Shown here: positions 39,761 to 52,848 of the stretch, piece by piece
Layout of the letters: every line of letters starts with the position of its first letter
Numbering within the stretch: position 1 is the first letter of the stretch
DNA from: Ramazzottius varieornatus
Lineage: Eukaryota; Animalia; Tardigrada
Reading direction: 5' to 3'
Length of the DNA stretch: 64,000 bases
NCBI GenBank assembly: GCA_001949185.1
Contig: BDGG01000001.1
Location: forward strand, 124,001 to 188,000
Made by a program: the position numbers and the translations under genes
Notes under the pieces: model-generated
What the model was told of the DNA's origin: nothing
The model's database searches: none
Seen by the model: the letters and a program-made list of their open reading frames with translations, nothing else

Positions 39761-40183
39761 CTCCGGATACAAATTCTTTGACTTTTGCGCTTCGAATGTT
39801 CTCATTCAGCCAATGCATTTGCATATGTTAACTTTCTTCAACTTAGGTAACCATAAATATTCTTTTAGACACCCATATAACTGTGACTGATCGGCAGGGC
39901 AGACGAGTACGAAGCAATGAGAAACAAGAAAATGGAGAAATGATATGCACAGAACTACCCGAAATCAGTTCCTGATCCACGCATCTGAAAATTAGTGGAG
40001 CTGGAGACGATACATCACTATTAGTATGTCTCCATGTACTTGAAGAGAATACGGAAACAAAGGAAAGGCGATAAAAGCGACTCGAACGAGTCCTGGGGAA
40101 ACAAAGAATTTTTGCGGAATACCCCCAGCTAGGGCGTCGGGCTGTCCTCACTGACGCACCCAGAAACACCACGGGTCTCGCAC

Positions 40184-43100
40184 TCAGCAGCCACAAGTGT
40201 TGCTTGTCAACTTCCACTCCCTCCGTCGGTCATGGTCGCGCACCGGTTTAGGGATAGCCGCATACTGCACAGATTGCATCCTGCTCAGATCCTTCAGACT
40301 TTTGACGAAATGGATTTTACTGTAAAATTCCTTCCTGTAAAAGTACGGACCTCATGAACAGTACAGCAGTTTCCTCGAAGCCGGAACTGAGCCCTTACCC
40401 CAAAACAGCTCGCCCTATCGTTTTCAGTTCCGTCTTCGTCTTGAGGTTTGGATGCACGATCAGCAGCGACTGCATATTCTCCTTCATCCTGCGAGCAAGG
40501 CAGAAGGTTGGTTTCCACCAGTTCTGAACATTTCAGAACCTCACGACGTTAAACTTACGCAGGATCCATCGATTTGTGTACGTGTTGGATCCACGTTACA
40601 GCATGTTCCGTCCCGGTTGGTACCGCCGCATTGAAGACGAAAATTCTGAACGGTTTATCCTCAATCTCTTCCAGCCGACTCATTACAAACCTTAAAAGAG
40701 GGAAACAAGATTGAAAGTCACTCCTTGTTAAACAACAGCAATTTGGGAAGCCTGCAGACAAAACGTGCAAGATTGTTGTCGGAAGTGGCGCCATGAGCTC
40801 ATTGTTGTCGGCTGAATGCGTGCGCCAGTTGGAGAAACAGCCAAATTCGACAAGATCGTCTCTCAAATGGCGCACCCTGCCAGTTGATAACAGCGATAGT
40901 GTGCGCGACTGTCGAAAACGATCCCGCACGTTTTGTTTGCCAATCTTTCCATCTGGCTCTTACTTGTGCAGGTGTTCCATGATTCTGTCATAAGTGTTCA
41001 GCGAGCGGTCCGGCAGAAGACACGGATAAAACAATACGGCCGTTGGTTCCGTTCCTTCATCTGGTCTGGTATCGAGGACATTCTTGTACGGCTCGATGAT
41101 GCTTCTATCAAAGTGCCATATTTGTGATACCGTTCTGTGGTCGCCGGCTTGGTGAAGCTCAGCTTGAGAAGCTAGTGCTGCGGACTTGGTGGTTGGTAGT
41201 GCGGGCAGGTCGCCGTGTGGCCGGGTGATGATGTGGCGACTGGCGCGAGCTGAGGGAACAGGTGGCGCACTGCGAACTGCTGGACGAGGTGTGGCTGGCG
41301 CGTCAACCGACAAAGGATCCGCGGGTATTTCGGGGGCTTCGAATCCGGAACTCTCAACTGAACGACTCAGCAGCGCTGGAGTTGGAGATACAAAGAAGTT
41401 TTGAGCAATATTCTAGCAAAATTTCGCATCTCAAACCACACATGATTTTAGAAGGAACATTCAACGAAGCACTGATTCCACAAGAAAATTCTTTAAATTA
41501 TTTTACAGAATGCGCTGAAAAAAAGGTTTTTGTAGACTTACGCGCGGGTATTGTAGCTAGAAGCGCCGCTAAGGTTGGTGGACCAACAGCAGTCGTGATA
41601 GATGTCATAACAGTCCTTTCGGTATCATATCCACCTACACGACGGTACAGGCAAAGAAAGATGGCTCGTTTCAGAATATTGAAAAAAGTGCCTGTATTGG
41701 CAAGGGAAAGATACCTGTGACTTGTGATGGGACTGTGGACGACTGAACGGAGAGCGTTACGTCATCCATCGGCAGCGCTAGCTGGCTGGGTCGATTACTT
41801 CCACTGAGTTTCAGGGTGTTGACCGGTAAGTTGTCAAGCTGATACCATGACCGTTGTCCAGAAGGCTTCAGCGTCTTCCTCCTCAGCTTGGCAGAGTTGG
41901 TGTCGCCACTAGTTAAGCTGGTACCGCCATCAGATTCTGACAAGTCGGCTGCATCTTCCTGCGTGTCCAGGTCTTCTCTCCTTCTTCCTTTGGATACAAG
42001 CGACCCACCCTGACTTTCCATCCCACTTTCCAGGAGTTCCGTTGCGTGTACCAACGACGAGGCAAAGTGGCCGCTGGTCAAATCTTTCAAGGACTGCTGG
42101 GTGAACAAGCGGTCCAAGGCGGAATGAAGGATATCAGTGGAGGCGCCTTTGGCAATGTAGTGCTCTTGGAGGTCGGACAGGTTGACGTGCTCCGCCAGAT
42201 TCCACTGCGTTCGTCGACTGATGGCGTCATCCATCAGAACTAACTCGGGAGGCTCGATGGAAGGGACGACCAGGTCGGCCAGCTGGTAGTCAACGTCCTG
42301 CACAACATAGTAAGGCTCGACATGGTCCAAGTACTCTTCCTCGTTCTGGTCATTGGTTGTCTCTTCGCCTTGCTCATTGCCTTCGCTGTCGGGCTCTGAA
42401 CCGATGTAGATGAAGGATGGTTGGCGGACATCTTGATCTTCCGGCTGGTTGAAAGCTTGCTCTCTGATAAAGAGTTCGGTCGATTCGACTGCCGACGTAC
42501 CTTTACCTTCTTTCGAGCTTTCACCTGCTTTGTCCACTTCTTCGTCAGCTGGAAGAAGCTTCTCCGTAATAGCCTCAACTTCACCAGACGTTGCTTTTTC
42601 CTGCCACTGATCCTGGCCATTTGGTCCAGCGTTGCAGGCTGTTGCACCGTAATTCATCTCCGCTGGCTCGGCTCGGTACATCTGCTCTCGCTCAAAGTGC
42701 TCACCGGACTCCAAATTATACGCAGGCTGGCCACAATCGTCTTCTTGGTATCTTCTATCGTCAAATTCGTTGTTGTGTAACTCGCTGCTAAATTCGCTGC
42801 GTGTGGACTGGAAGGCTTCTTGGTTGAAATGGCGTGGATACTCTTGCTGCATTCCATCAAAGTCTTTTGCTTCCTGAAACCGGCTGTACATAGCTGCTTG
42901 AGACCCTTGGTCGGCATAATTGTCCTTCTGGTCATAATCTCTAGATGATGCTTGATGGCGGTCGCCGTTGAAAGAGTCATTTCTTTGGTAGTTGTGGGAG
43001 GAGATGCGAAAGGGACTTGCTCTGTTGTCTATACCGTAGTCAATCATATCTCTTTCCTGATCCACTGGCCGGTCGTCGTTGTACAAGCTGTTGTCCGAAT

Positions 43101-46100
43101 ACCGATTGTCCTGAATGTAGTTACTGATGCCTCTGGTGAAGTACTCGTCAGGTCGATGGGAGAATTGCTCGATCCGCTCAAAGTCTTGGTTGTACTGGTC
43201 GAACCTTTGGTCTGCTCCGCCTGTATGACGACTGTCAGAGTTTGCCGATTGCCGATGGTTGGCTGGCTCATTGTCGTTGTGGGGGGACTGCGTGTAGCTG
43301 GTGGGCGCATTGTCCACCATCCCTTTTCCGTCCGCTGCTTTCTTGCTGTCTGCCCTCTCCAAAGTTTCCCGCTGGTCATTCTCGTTGCTATCCAGGTAGG
43401 CTATACTCCCATTTGTCATCATCTGATTGCCAGATGCGGCGCTCATTTTTCCTCCCTGAGGGGTGGCGGACTCTTCTTGAGGCTGGCTTTCATCCATTTC
43501 AGTGGGCAGGTCTACAACAAAACCAAAGCCATTTGCACCGCTTTCTCGGTCGTTTCTATCCGTGCGATCCTTACTACCTTCGTCAGACATTCCTTGACGG
43601 ATTTCTACTGTCGGCGCTTCCCCTTGTTGGTGACGATTGTCACCCAGTGCGTCAGAAGGGCTCTTCATGAAACTTGTCAGCGCCGAAATATCTCCGTCGC
43701 TGGTGTCCATCTCGTTGTGAAAGTCCTTGTCTGTATCGCCCACTCGGCCAGTTTCATCAGTGTACCGCGAAGGCTTAATTGAGCCAGTCGATTCGCCTTC
43801 TTCGTCTTCTGACTTGTCATGACTGACTTCTTCACTGATGTCATCCGCTGCATTGTCTTGGTTCTGAGACTCGTCAGTCTCAAACGCGTGACCATAACTT
43901 TGCTCACTGGCCAGAGAAGTTCGCTTTGACGAAGCCAAGTCTCGAAGTAAAGCGCCCGATTCAAAAGTCGTACCTTGGCTGGCCATTCCTTGATGAAATG
44001 AAGACTGGCCTGTATCCAACTCTTTCACTTCCCCATCTCTCCAACAAGCAGCGTCGCCACCTCGGTCATTTGTGTTCTCATAAGAATATCTGTTGTCATT
44101 TGAATGATTGTGATCATTGTCCTTCTCTTGAACCTTCAAAGGCCAGTCATCAGACTGCCTGTTGGACATGTCTTGTCCCTCTGACCACTTATAGTCCCCA
44201 TCTTGCGCAGTCGGATGATCACCAAGCCGATCTCCATTTCCCCGAGCATTACCATTGAGATGTTGGTCGTACTCCCAAGGTGTTGCCGAACCTGGCTGAA
44301 ACTCTGTATCACTGTGTCCCGCCGTCATCGGATTGTATTCGTTGTCGGCGTTGATCTCAGTGTTTTCTTGATCGTGCAAGTCCGTTCGATCGGACTGGGC
44401 TGCTTCGAAGTAAGGTGATTGTGGCCGTGTATATTGATCGACGTCATCGACGTCCTCTTTCGCCAAGTGGACCGTCGGCGCGCTTGTCAACTCCCCGTTA
44501 TCGAATGCCCGAGGCACATCACCTTCAAGCGTGTCCCTGGCAATGTTGTCTGCGGTTGCGGGCTGTGACTCGTTAGCTCTTTCTCCAGATTCACTGTCAT
44601 CTTTGTCGAGCTGTACTTTGTCATCTGGCCAATGTTGCTCAGTAGATGGCTGCGCTCTGTCGTCACCTTCTGTTTGTGATTTCAGCTTCGGACCATCGTC
44701 GTCCATCAGTTGATCCACCTCTTGTTCTTGTCTGAATGGCTGCAAGCTTTCAGTTTCGCCGTCTTGGTTCGGATAATACTCAAGCTCAGAGTAGGCATTG
44801 GAAGTGCCGTCTTGCCTATATCGCTCTGGCTGGCTGTCACCTGGCAGATCGGCCTCAAACTCCTTCTGAAGGTTCTCGTTAAACTGCTGTAAATTTTCCG
44901 AGTTTAAACTATCCTTTTCCGCGTAGTCTTCGTTGGGCGTCAGCAACACCCCGTCCACATTCCTTTCGCCGTCTTCGGCATTTCGTGGGGTGTACTCTTC
45001 CTCGTTGAGTTCTTGACCCTTTACCTCGTTGGGTTCCTCCGACACGAACCCAACTTGCAGATTCGCGGCTTTCAACAGCTGATAGGCGACTGCTCGCTTT
45101 GTTTCATCTGCAAGCGTTTCATTCGAAAGGTCACTTTCCCCCATGTAAGATGGCTGGTCGTCCAGGCGGTTCTTCTCCTGCCCGTAAAAGGCATTTATGG
45201 TATCTTCAAGCGAATCAGAATAGAAGTTATTCCGTGGTTCTGGCTGATCCTCCGCGTTATCTTGAACAGGCCTGACTGGACTTGTCAGCATTCTGTCTTC
45301 TCCGTACGAATGCGACGATCCCTGCCGTCTTTCGGCTGAATACCCATAGTCCATCATGGCTGTTTCATCGTAGTAATGTAACATTGGCGCACTGAGGAAA
45401 CGAAGCTCTTCGTAATTCCACAAGTTTGAGTCGGTGTTGCCACTGTCACCGCTTGCATCAACTTCCTGTCGTCCCGTTGAGCCGCCTTCCGCCGATTCCT
45501 GGCGCTGCCAATCACTGTCATTTGAACCAACCGACCGCTCTTTCTCTTCGTTGGAAGTTTTTGCGGGAGTTTCGTCCAGCGAGTCTTGCAGTATGTAGGG
45601 TGATGTTAGATCATCCGGTTGGTAGTTGCGAGTAGCTTGTGGAACAGCGTGGTCTCGAACGAATGTTTCTTTCTCCGTATCAGCTGGGTGGAAGTTGTCT
45701 TCGATGTTTTCCTCTCTGAAATCGCGACGAGGATCGTCCTGGCTTCTTTTCCTGTCTTCGGTATAATCATCTGTATTTTGGTCGCGGGAGTCTTCATCGT
45801 CTGTTAGCCGATGGGAAGGTGTAGCCCGGTTGTTGTCCACAGACTCATCCCCAACGTTGTAGTATCGTCCTGAAACACCAGGGGAATATCCTTGGTGATG
45901 GTCCAGTGAAGGTGACGCGCCTTGATCGGACTGTCCTTCGAGGTGGCGAACCTTGTCACGGTACTGCTGCACAACCAACTCCAGCCGTTCGATTTGCGAC
46001 TCGTCAACGTAGCTCTCTTCGCCATCGCTGGTGACCCAGTCATCGTGGAGGCTTCCCATGAAGTAGGAGACTTCACTTGGACCAAGGTAGGTTTCTTCCG

Positions 46101-47696
46101 TGTTGCGACTCAGCGTGTCATTGTCGTCTTCGCTATCCTCTCCAACGTCCGCTTTATCGCCTGAAAAGTCAAATCATCTGCTAAGTAAGACTGAACAGAA
46201 TGTAAGAAATGTCAATGATTACATGAATCATATTCCAAAAATATACCACAAATTTTTCAACAAGCATTTCGCACAATTCCAAGAAAAGGTTACCGAATTT
46301 ATCTCTGTCAACTGCGCATGCCACTAAGTCAGCCTTTTTATCAAGAAATGCGGAGCTGTGTTCGGAAGTGATACCCGTCAGCGTTGACGTATCCTCTTCC
46401 GTCGAGGACAAGCCGCGAAAATCCGCCAACATGTGCAGCGCCTTGTCGATCTGATCCCAGTTCTGGTCAGCCACCGAGTCGAACTGCTCACGCGGATGAG
46501 TCAGTGGCGTAAAGTAACTGACATTTTCAGGCATCTCTCCAGACATCGTCGCGGGCTTTTCTTGCTGGTACGCTATGACTTTCGAGAACCCAGCCATGCT
46601 GCTCGTCTGTGTCATCGAGAAGTTGACAGTACTCTGCTGGCCCTGACCAAAGTCCGCTGCAGTCAACCTGGTCATGAACTGCTCCATGTTGGACTCATCC
46701 ATCAACATTTGCTCGTAGGTGCGTAACGAGCCGAGAGACTTGGATAATCTTCCCGCTAAATCTGGGCCGGTATTCTCATCACGTAACAGACCGCTGGATG
46801 CAGCCGGGACAAGGGAGTTTTCCCGCTCTTGATCACTCAATGTTCTGTCATCTTCGATGACTTCAAACGAACCTTCTTTCGATTCGGGGATGTTCGCTCT
46901 GGAATATTCTGCAATGCATATCGACTCGTTCAACCCAGCCAACATGACAGAAAACTCCAGACTTAGGCAAAAAAACTCCACAAAGTTTCCAGATCTATCT
47001 TCTCAAGTGGCGCACGCTTTCAGCGAACAACACCAAAACGGACGCCACTCTGCAGAGCAATCAAACTCACCAGATCGTTTTTTTCGAGTGGCGCATACTT
47101 CCAGCGAGAACTAAGTTCGAGAAAGGTGCGTCACTTGGGCATACATATTCAAGAAGATTATTTTCAATTCGATAACAGTAGAGACATGCGCCACTGGGGA
47201 AGCATTCCTGTTAATCTTGTTTGCCCAGCTCTCAATTAGAGTTCGAAAAGAGGACACCAAAGTTATTACCTAGGTTTATGTCGCTGTCTTTTTCTTGAAA
47301 GGCATTCTGGCTAGTGTAATCATTGTCCAATTCAACAGCTAGTCTCGGTGAAGAAGGGCGGAACAGGGCAAAGAGATCCAGGGGGTTCGGTCGGATATCT
47401 TTGATGACGGACAAGGAGAAGGTGCTGCGCATTTCGGCCGGTGAACGAAACTGCCGTGGAGCAAAGTATTCGTCTCTTTCGGGCGCAGTGTCCATGGCGC
47501 TTTCGGTAACAGAATGAAGACCACGAGGAAGGCCCTGAGGCATGAAATCAAGGTTCGGACGGAGTAATTTACCACCGGAATAAGAAGGTTTGCCATGATG
47601 ATCGCGATGGGCATGTTCTTCGAAATACACATCACCAGTGTGTCGATCCAGGAAATTTGATCGGTGGTCATTTTGCACACGATCACGGTCGGCCAT
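40184..47696 (-). CDS. PRUNE2/BMCC1-like (BNIP2/caytaxin family) protein: long acidic disordered region plus C-terminal BCH (CRAL-TRIO-like) domain, ~2121 aa
   Basis: Exons 47696-47270, 46908-46294, 46160-41715, 41634-41542, 41375-40964, 40690-40559, 40488-40399, 40334-40184, all GT-AG and phase-consistent. BCH signature IIEPYKNVL...CLLPD...YDRIMEHL...W...MKENMQSLLIVHP...FYSKIHFVKSLKDL...IP. Additional upstream exons are not excluded. Confidence 0.85.
40736..40915. repeat. 81-bp palindromic repeat family, 2+ units (intron of BCH gene)
   Basis: Units 40779-40834 and 40861-40915 (AAGTGGCGC...GTGCGCCAGTTGG; CAAATGGCGCAC-N25-GTGCGCGACT), linker aaattcgacaagatcg. Confidence 0.7.
46985..47200. repeat. 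81-bp palindromic repeat family, 2.5 units (intron of BCH gene)
   Basis: Units 47001-47054 and 47082-47140, plus a lone right arm ATGCGCCACTGGGGA at 47186-47200. Confidence 0.75.
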
Positions 47697-48794
47697 GCTG
47701 CCTCTCTTTTAGAATATCTTAAATCAACTTACAGCAAGACACATGACCTACCAGTCACCTGACTGCGGTTAATTCCCGACCATCTGATAGGTTTTTGTGC
47801 CGGTTTTACACACAGTTTCCATTAGCAACGCCATCCATCTATCGGAGCTTCCGGTCTGCTGATTTCTGATCGCGGAAGAAGCAATGTTTAATCGCTGCAC
47901 ATTAGGGGAGGTGTGGGTGAGTATAGGGGAAATGAATGTGGACGGCGTTGTGTCTCTCTGTGGTGAAACTACTTGGTGAGAAGTCAGCAGATCATTGTAC
48001 TGTCTTACTTGAGTTACTTCTTTGTCTGCAAAGAGTTTCAAGATTGTTTTTCACATATCGCAACTGTATGATTGGGTGTTCTAAGAAATTGTATGGAAGC
48101 GAAGGGTCAATGTCGCGCGGCGAAATTAAAATAAAACCATTGTGGTAGGTTCTACTGATCTTTGGGCTCATAACTTCCCTGTCACCCAAGTCCGCACTAA
48201 TTATGACTCCGATCATGCCAGTCGGTATCTAAGTGTTTGTCTTGGTTGTCGTCATGAATAAATAGAGAGTTCGCCTTTCCGTTCAGCTCATTGCTGAAAT
48301 GGGCATTAGCCGCCTGGCCGTTCGTCCTCAGAGGATGCCAACTTTTAATTAAACGGACTTTGGTCCTGGACGAGCCAGCAACAATCTGTCAGGGACCAGT
48401 CTACGTAAATGCAGCACGGAACAATCGACAAAACTTCGCGCAAGACTGCGAGAAGGTTGGAATGACATCAGCAACCGACAGTGCTACGTATCACACTCAT
48501 TGTTATCCCATACCATTTTATCCTTTCAAGCCCAAAGTTATCCGTGGCAGACAGTAGCTACGTGTCCCGTTGGGGTGGCAGTTATCGTGTGTTGACAAAG
48601 ATAAGCTATGACAAAGATAAGCTATGAAATTGCCAGATATAGATAGTACTGGCGTTCAATATGAAGATCCGGCTGATTTTGCAGCAGTAGCTTTTGGGAG
48701 TTATGCGGTGCTTTCACTCGGTCTCCCACCCCCTTTTTGGACGATATTCATAAGTACCCTGATTTACTTTGATTTTTAGTAACCAAATTCAACC

Positions 48795-51771
48795 ATGGTA
48801 AAACTATACTTGCATGGGATCATACAGCTCGGTAAGCGTGGTTTTATATAAAAATAGTTCTGCTCCTCCTGTATCTTGAGAACGTGTGTTTGAAAGGACT
48901 AACTCCCCCTCTTTTGACTGCAGTGACAGTAGTCTGTGTGGCTTTAACATCGGCACAGGCGGAACCAATCAAGCGATACAATTACTACAAGAACCTCCCT
49001 ACTGACGGTGCTCGAAGAACAGGTATCTTTTTTACCACGAGATGATTTTATACCGTCAGTTCAACACAGTGTTCCATCAATAAACGGAAAGGGGGATTTC
49101 GACACTTTTGTGTCTGGTCTGCAGTAAGTGCAAGCATATAGGTAACGACATTTTCTGCAATGTCTGCAGGTGTGACTGCGGCTGGGAGCAACTTGACGTT
49201 GAATGGAAAACCCCTGCGACTGATAAGTGGCGCCATGCATTACTTCCGCATTGTTCCTCAATACTGGCGCAACCGACTGGCGCTGCTGAAGGCGGCGGGC
49301 TGTAATGCGGTGGAAACATACGTCCCATGGAACCTTCATGAGCCCTCACCTGGGCACTTTGACTTTGAAGGCATCCTGGATGTCAGGTGGGTTACGTGAA
49401 AAGCATCGCCCAATGTATCTTGCTAACGGACTTCCCCTTGACTAACGCCATATACTCCGTTAACCTATCTCCAGTTGACAACAAAGTCTGGCTAGAGGTA
49501 GATGATAGCATTGATCGAATTTATCTGTGTAGAGATCAAAGACGCAATCTGCATACCAACAAACATCCATCACTCGAGGATACAGCTGCTGAATAGTGAT
49601 AAATTATCCCTGAAAAAATCCGTTGTGCGTTGCAGGCGGTACATTGAGATTGCGGCAGAACTGGACTTGATGGTCATCTTCCGACCTGGACCATACATTT
49701 GTGCCGAGGTACGCTCCATGATCGATACCTTGGATCATATTCAACTTTGGCGGTTGAATGCTTTTCTTTTCCATTTTGACAGTGGGAGTTTGGCGGCATG
49801 CCGAGGTTTGTCCCCCATCAACCAATGTTCCTTTTACTTCAGCAGAGCTTCCGAATAATACTTGAATGTACGGGTTTGTAGCTGGCTTCTGGCCGACGAC
49901 AACATGAAGGTGCGCAGCAGCTACGCTCCGTACGTCGAGGCCTCTGATCGATTCCTGCAAGAATTGATACCTCGGATAGCCAATCTGCAGTTTAGCCAGT
50001 CTGGCGGGCCCATTATCATGGTGCAGATTGAGAACGAATACGGTGGCTTCGATCAAGATCGACGTTTCATGGATACGCTGCGAGACTCCCTCAAAAGGTT
50101 CGGAGTAACGGAGATGCTCTTCACCTCGGACGGTCCCAACGACCTGGCAAAGGGTCAAGCTAGCGATGGTAAGACCATAGCGCTATTGCGCCAGATGGCC
50201 TTTTTAAGTTCATCCTGAACAGCCGCCGGCTAGTGCAAATATCACCGGAAGACAAATCAAACAATTTGTCGACCATCGTAGTGTGGCTGACGGTGAACGA
50301 GCAAACAAATATGGGCGATGCGTTGGACAAGCTGACAGCTATACAGCCTAACAAGCCGTTAATGGTGATGGAGTACTGGAGTGGCTGGTTTGATCACTGG
50401 ACAGAGCATCACCAGACCACCTCCATGGAGAAGTTCAGCAGCGAATTGACGACCATTTTGGCCCGTGGTGCCAGTGTCAACTTTTACATGTTCCACGGCG
50501 GCACCAACTTTGCCTTTATGAATGGCGCTAATATGGGCCTGTTCAATGTCTCAGCCGGCTACCAACCCACCATCACCAGGCAGGTTACAACATTCGATAT
50601 ACAAAGTCGTCAGATGGAGAGATACTCATGCTAATTCAACCTGCTTCTTCCTACAGCTACGACTACGATGCCTTGGTCTCGGAAGATGGTCGCGTCACCC
50701 AAAAGTGGCACAAGACTCGAGAGTTGCTGGCCCAGTTCGGACTGTTGCCCGAAGAGCTGCAGGACCCGACGCAAAACGCAGCACCCAAATCGTTGGGGAG
50801 AATGCAAGTCGACGGATGGCTACCATTGACCACACTGAACTCCTTCTTCCCCAGCTTCCAGCTCGAAAGCCCGCTGTGGATGGAGAAGTTAAAGTATAAG
50901 CCTTCCGGACAGTCTTACGGCTTTATCGCCTACGAAAGGATCCTGCCTGAGAGTAGCGGTGAATTGCTGCTAGGCGAAATGCACGATCGCGCTCTCATTT
51001 TGGTAGAGGGCCAGCAACACGCTCTCATTGACTTTGCAGCGTCGCTGAAAAAAGCCCACACCATCAAGGTACAATATTCTAGTCTTTCAACTATCGACAC
51101 AAATTAAGCAATTTAAATTGTGACTTGGTTTGATTTGATTACAGTTGACCAATAGCGTAGCTGGTCAGAAAGTGACCATCTTGGTCGAGAACATGGGTCG
51201 CGTCAACTACGGAAATTCCGCTGACAGTCAACGAAAAGGTCTGATGGGTCAGGTGACCTTGAACGGCAAGCCTCTGACCGGATGGACAGTTCGACCTATG
51301 GAGTTCACCTCCGTAGACGTGGCTGCGATATTCAACCCAACGACCGCATGGGACGGCCTTTCACCCTCCACCTCCGTTCCGGCTTGCTTCCGCTTCACTC
51401 TTAACCTCGACGAGGAACCTACCCAGGACACCTTTCTGGGCATGGAGGGTTGGGGGCGTGGTGTGGCTTTCGTCAATGGCTTCAACTTGGGTCGCTATTG
51501 GCCGACAGCTGGTCCGACCAAAACCATGTATGTACCGGCCCCCTTACTGAAGAAGGGCCGCAACACCTTTATCTTGTTCGAGCTGCACACCGTGGACAAC
51601 GTACTGCAGTCCGTAGCTCAGCCTAATCTCGGTCCTGTCCAGCCTCACCAACCAGCAACATCGATGTCGCCCCAGCCATCTTCCTCACCGTCAAGTCATC
51701 ATGATTACTTGTTTTACAATGTGCTAGCAGCTGCTCTGATGATGCTAGCAACTATTACTTACCAACACTAA
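48795..51771 (+). CDS. GH35 beta-galactosidase (GLB1-like 2/3 type) with signal peptide and C-terminal membrane/GPI signal
   Basis: Exons 48795-48831, 48924-49022, 49170-49387, 49636-49708, 49783-49805, 49882-50168, 50282-50579, 50657-51068, 51145-51771. Motifs SGAMHYFR, ETYVPWNLHEP, RPGPYICAEWEFGGMP, QIENEYG (acid/base), MEYWSGWFDHW (nucleophile), YMFHGGTNF, LVENMGRVNYG, NLGRYW. Confidence 0.95.
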
Positions 51772-52214
51772 TGTTTCGCTTGAAATTGCCACTATAAAAG
51801 TACTCGTTACTTTTGAGCTGGTCTTAGCTTGCAGGCTGACGGATCCTTTAATTTGGCGACAGATTTATTCTGATTGTTGTGATACGATTTTTGTTATGCT
51901 TTACCTTGTCTGTAGTTTGAGCGTACTTCAGTTATCTGATATTCCACCACCGGAAACCATTCTGAGCGAAGAATTGCTGACTTATTCAGTTTGACCCCCC
52001 GGTTTAGTAATAGCCTTTTACGTAATGTTTCGCTTTCCTGGCAGGCCGCAGCGTGGATGAATGGCGGGCTGCATTTTGAAATCGTCTCGACAGACGACAC
52101 ATTTCGAACGCGAGAACGGTACCTACAGTATCAACTGCAAAACATCTTACTGTGTGTACACCGGGTACAGTAAAATTAATCTCAAAGTAGATAAAGAGTG
52201 CACAGAAGTTTGTG

Positions 52215-52848
52215 CTACGTCTGGAACATAGCTTCAATGACGCGCGTCAGTTCGGCTCTTTCCATAGCCAGACGTTTCCGTACAACTCGCATCCTTTTGT
52301 GGACGGCATTATCCTTATTGTAGATATGAAACATGCGCAGCAAAAAGCATTGGGAGAGAGCGAATATTGTGTAGATGGGAGCTAAAGGACTGAAATGCTT
52401 GACGGGCAACATCACGAACCATCCCAGCCACAATACCGTCGACGTCATCATCATCACCGTGGTCTTAATCACATCCTGAAAGCACCTTCTGTAGACTATC
52501 CACATCTGAATCTGAGTTCTACGAACTTACCTCGAGTAGCTGTTCCTGTAGCCGAAATTCCTCGGCTTTGATAACTTTGGACCTGATGTGATATTCCACC
52601 AAGTGGAAGTCGAGCGCCATCTGCCGCATGACTTGGAAGAACAGTACAGGGTTATTGGCGTACCGTCCGCGGTTACTGATGGCGCCATCGCCGTCGCCCT
52701 GGCCGTGTTCAGCACGTTGAACAGGTAAGTCTTCCAGCTCATGACTGTGATACTGGGGTGGCTCCCGAAGGTGGAAATCTCCATCGGGATTATTGAAAAA
52801 CAATCGCCTTCGACGTTGCGGTGCTGGTCGGTGGGGCAATAAAGCCAT
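52215..52848 (-). CDS. Uncharacterised two-TM protein (~192 aa)
   Basis: Exons 52848-52531 and 52475-52215 joined by a 55-nt phase-0 GT-AG intron. Two hydrophobic segments flanked by helical charged stretches. Confidence 0.6.

Noticed and set aside
42952-43782. 276-aa plus-strand ORF and similar long antisense ORFs (21825-22283, 23434-23922, 53606-54193)
   Set aside because: Antisense shadows of real coding exons, with no independent motifs or splice structure.
48795-51771. Horizontal transfer of the beta-galactosidase from bacteria
   Set aside because: Eight spliceosomal introns and animal GLB1-like motifs; nothing in the sequence suggests a foreign origin.
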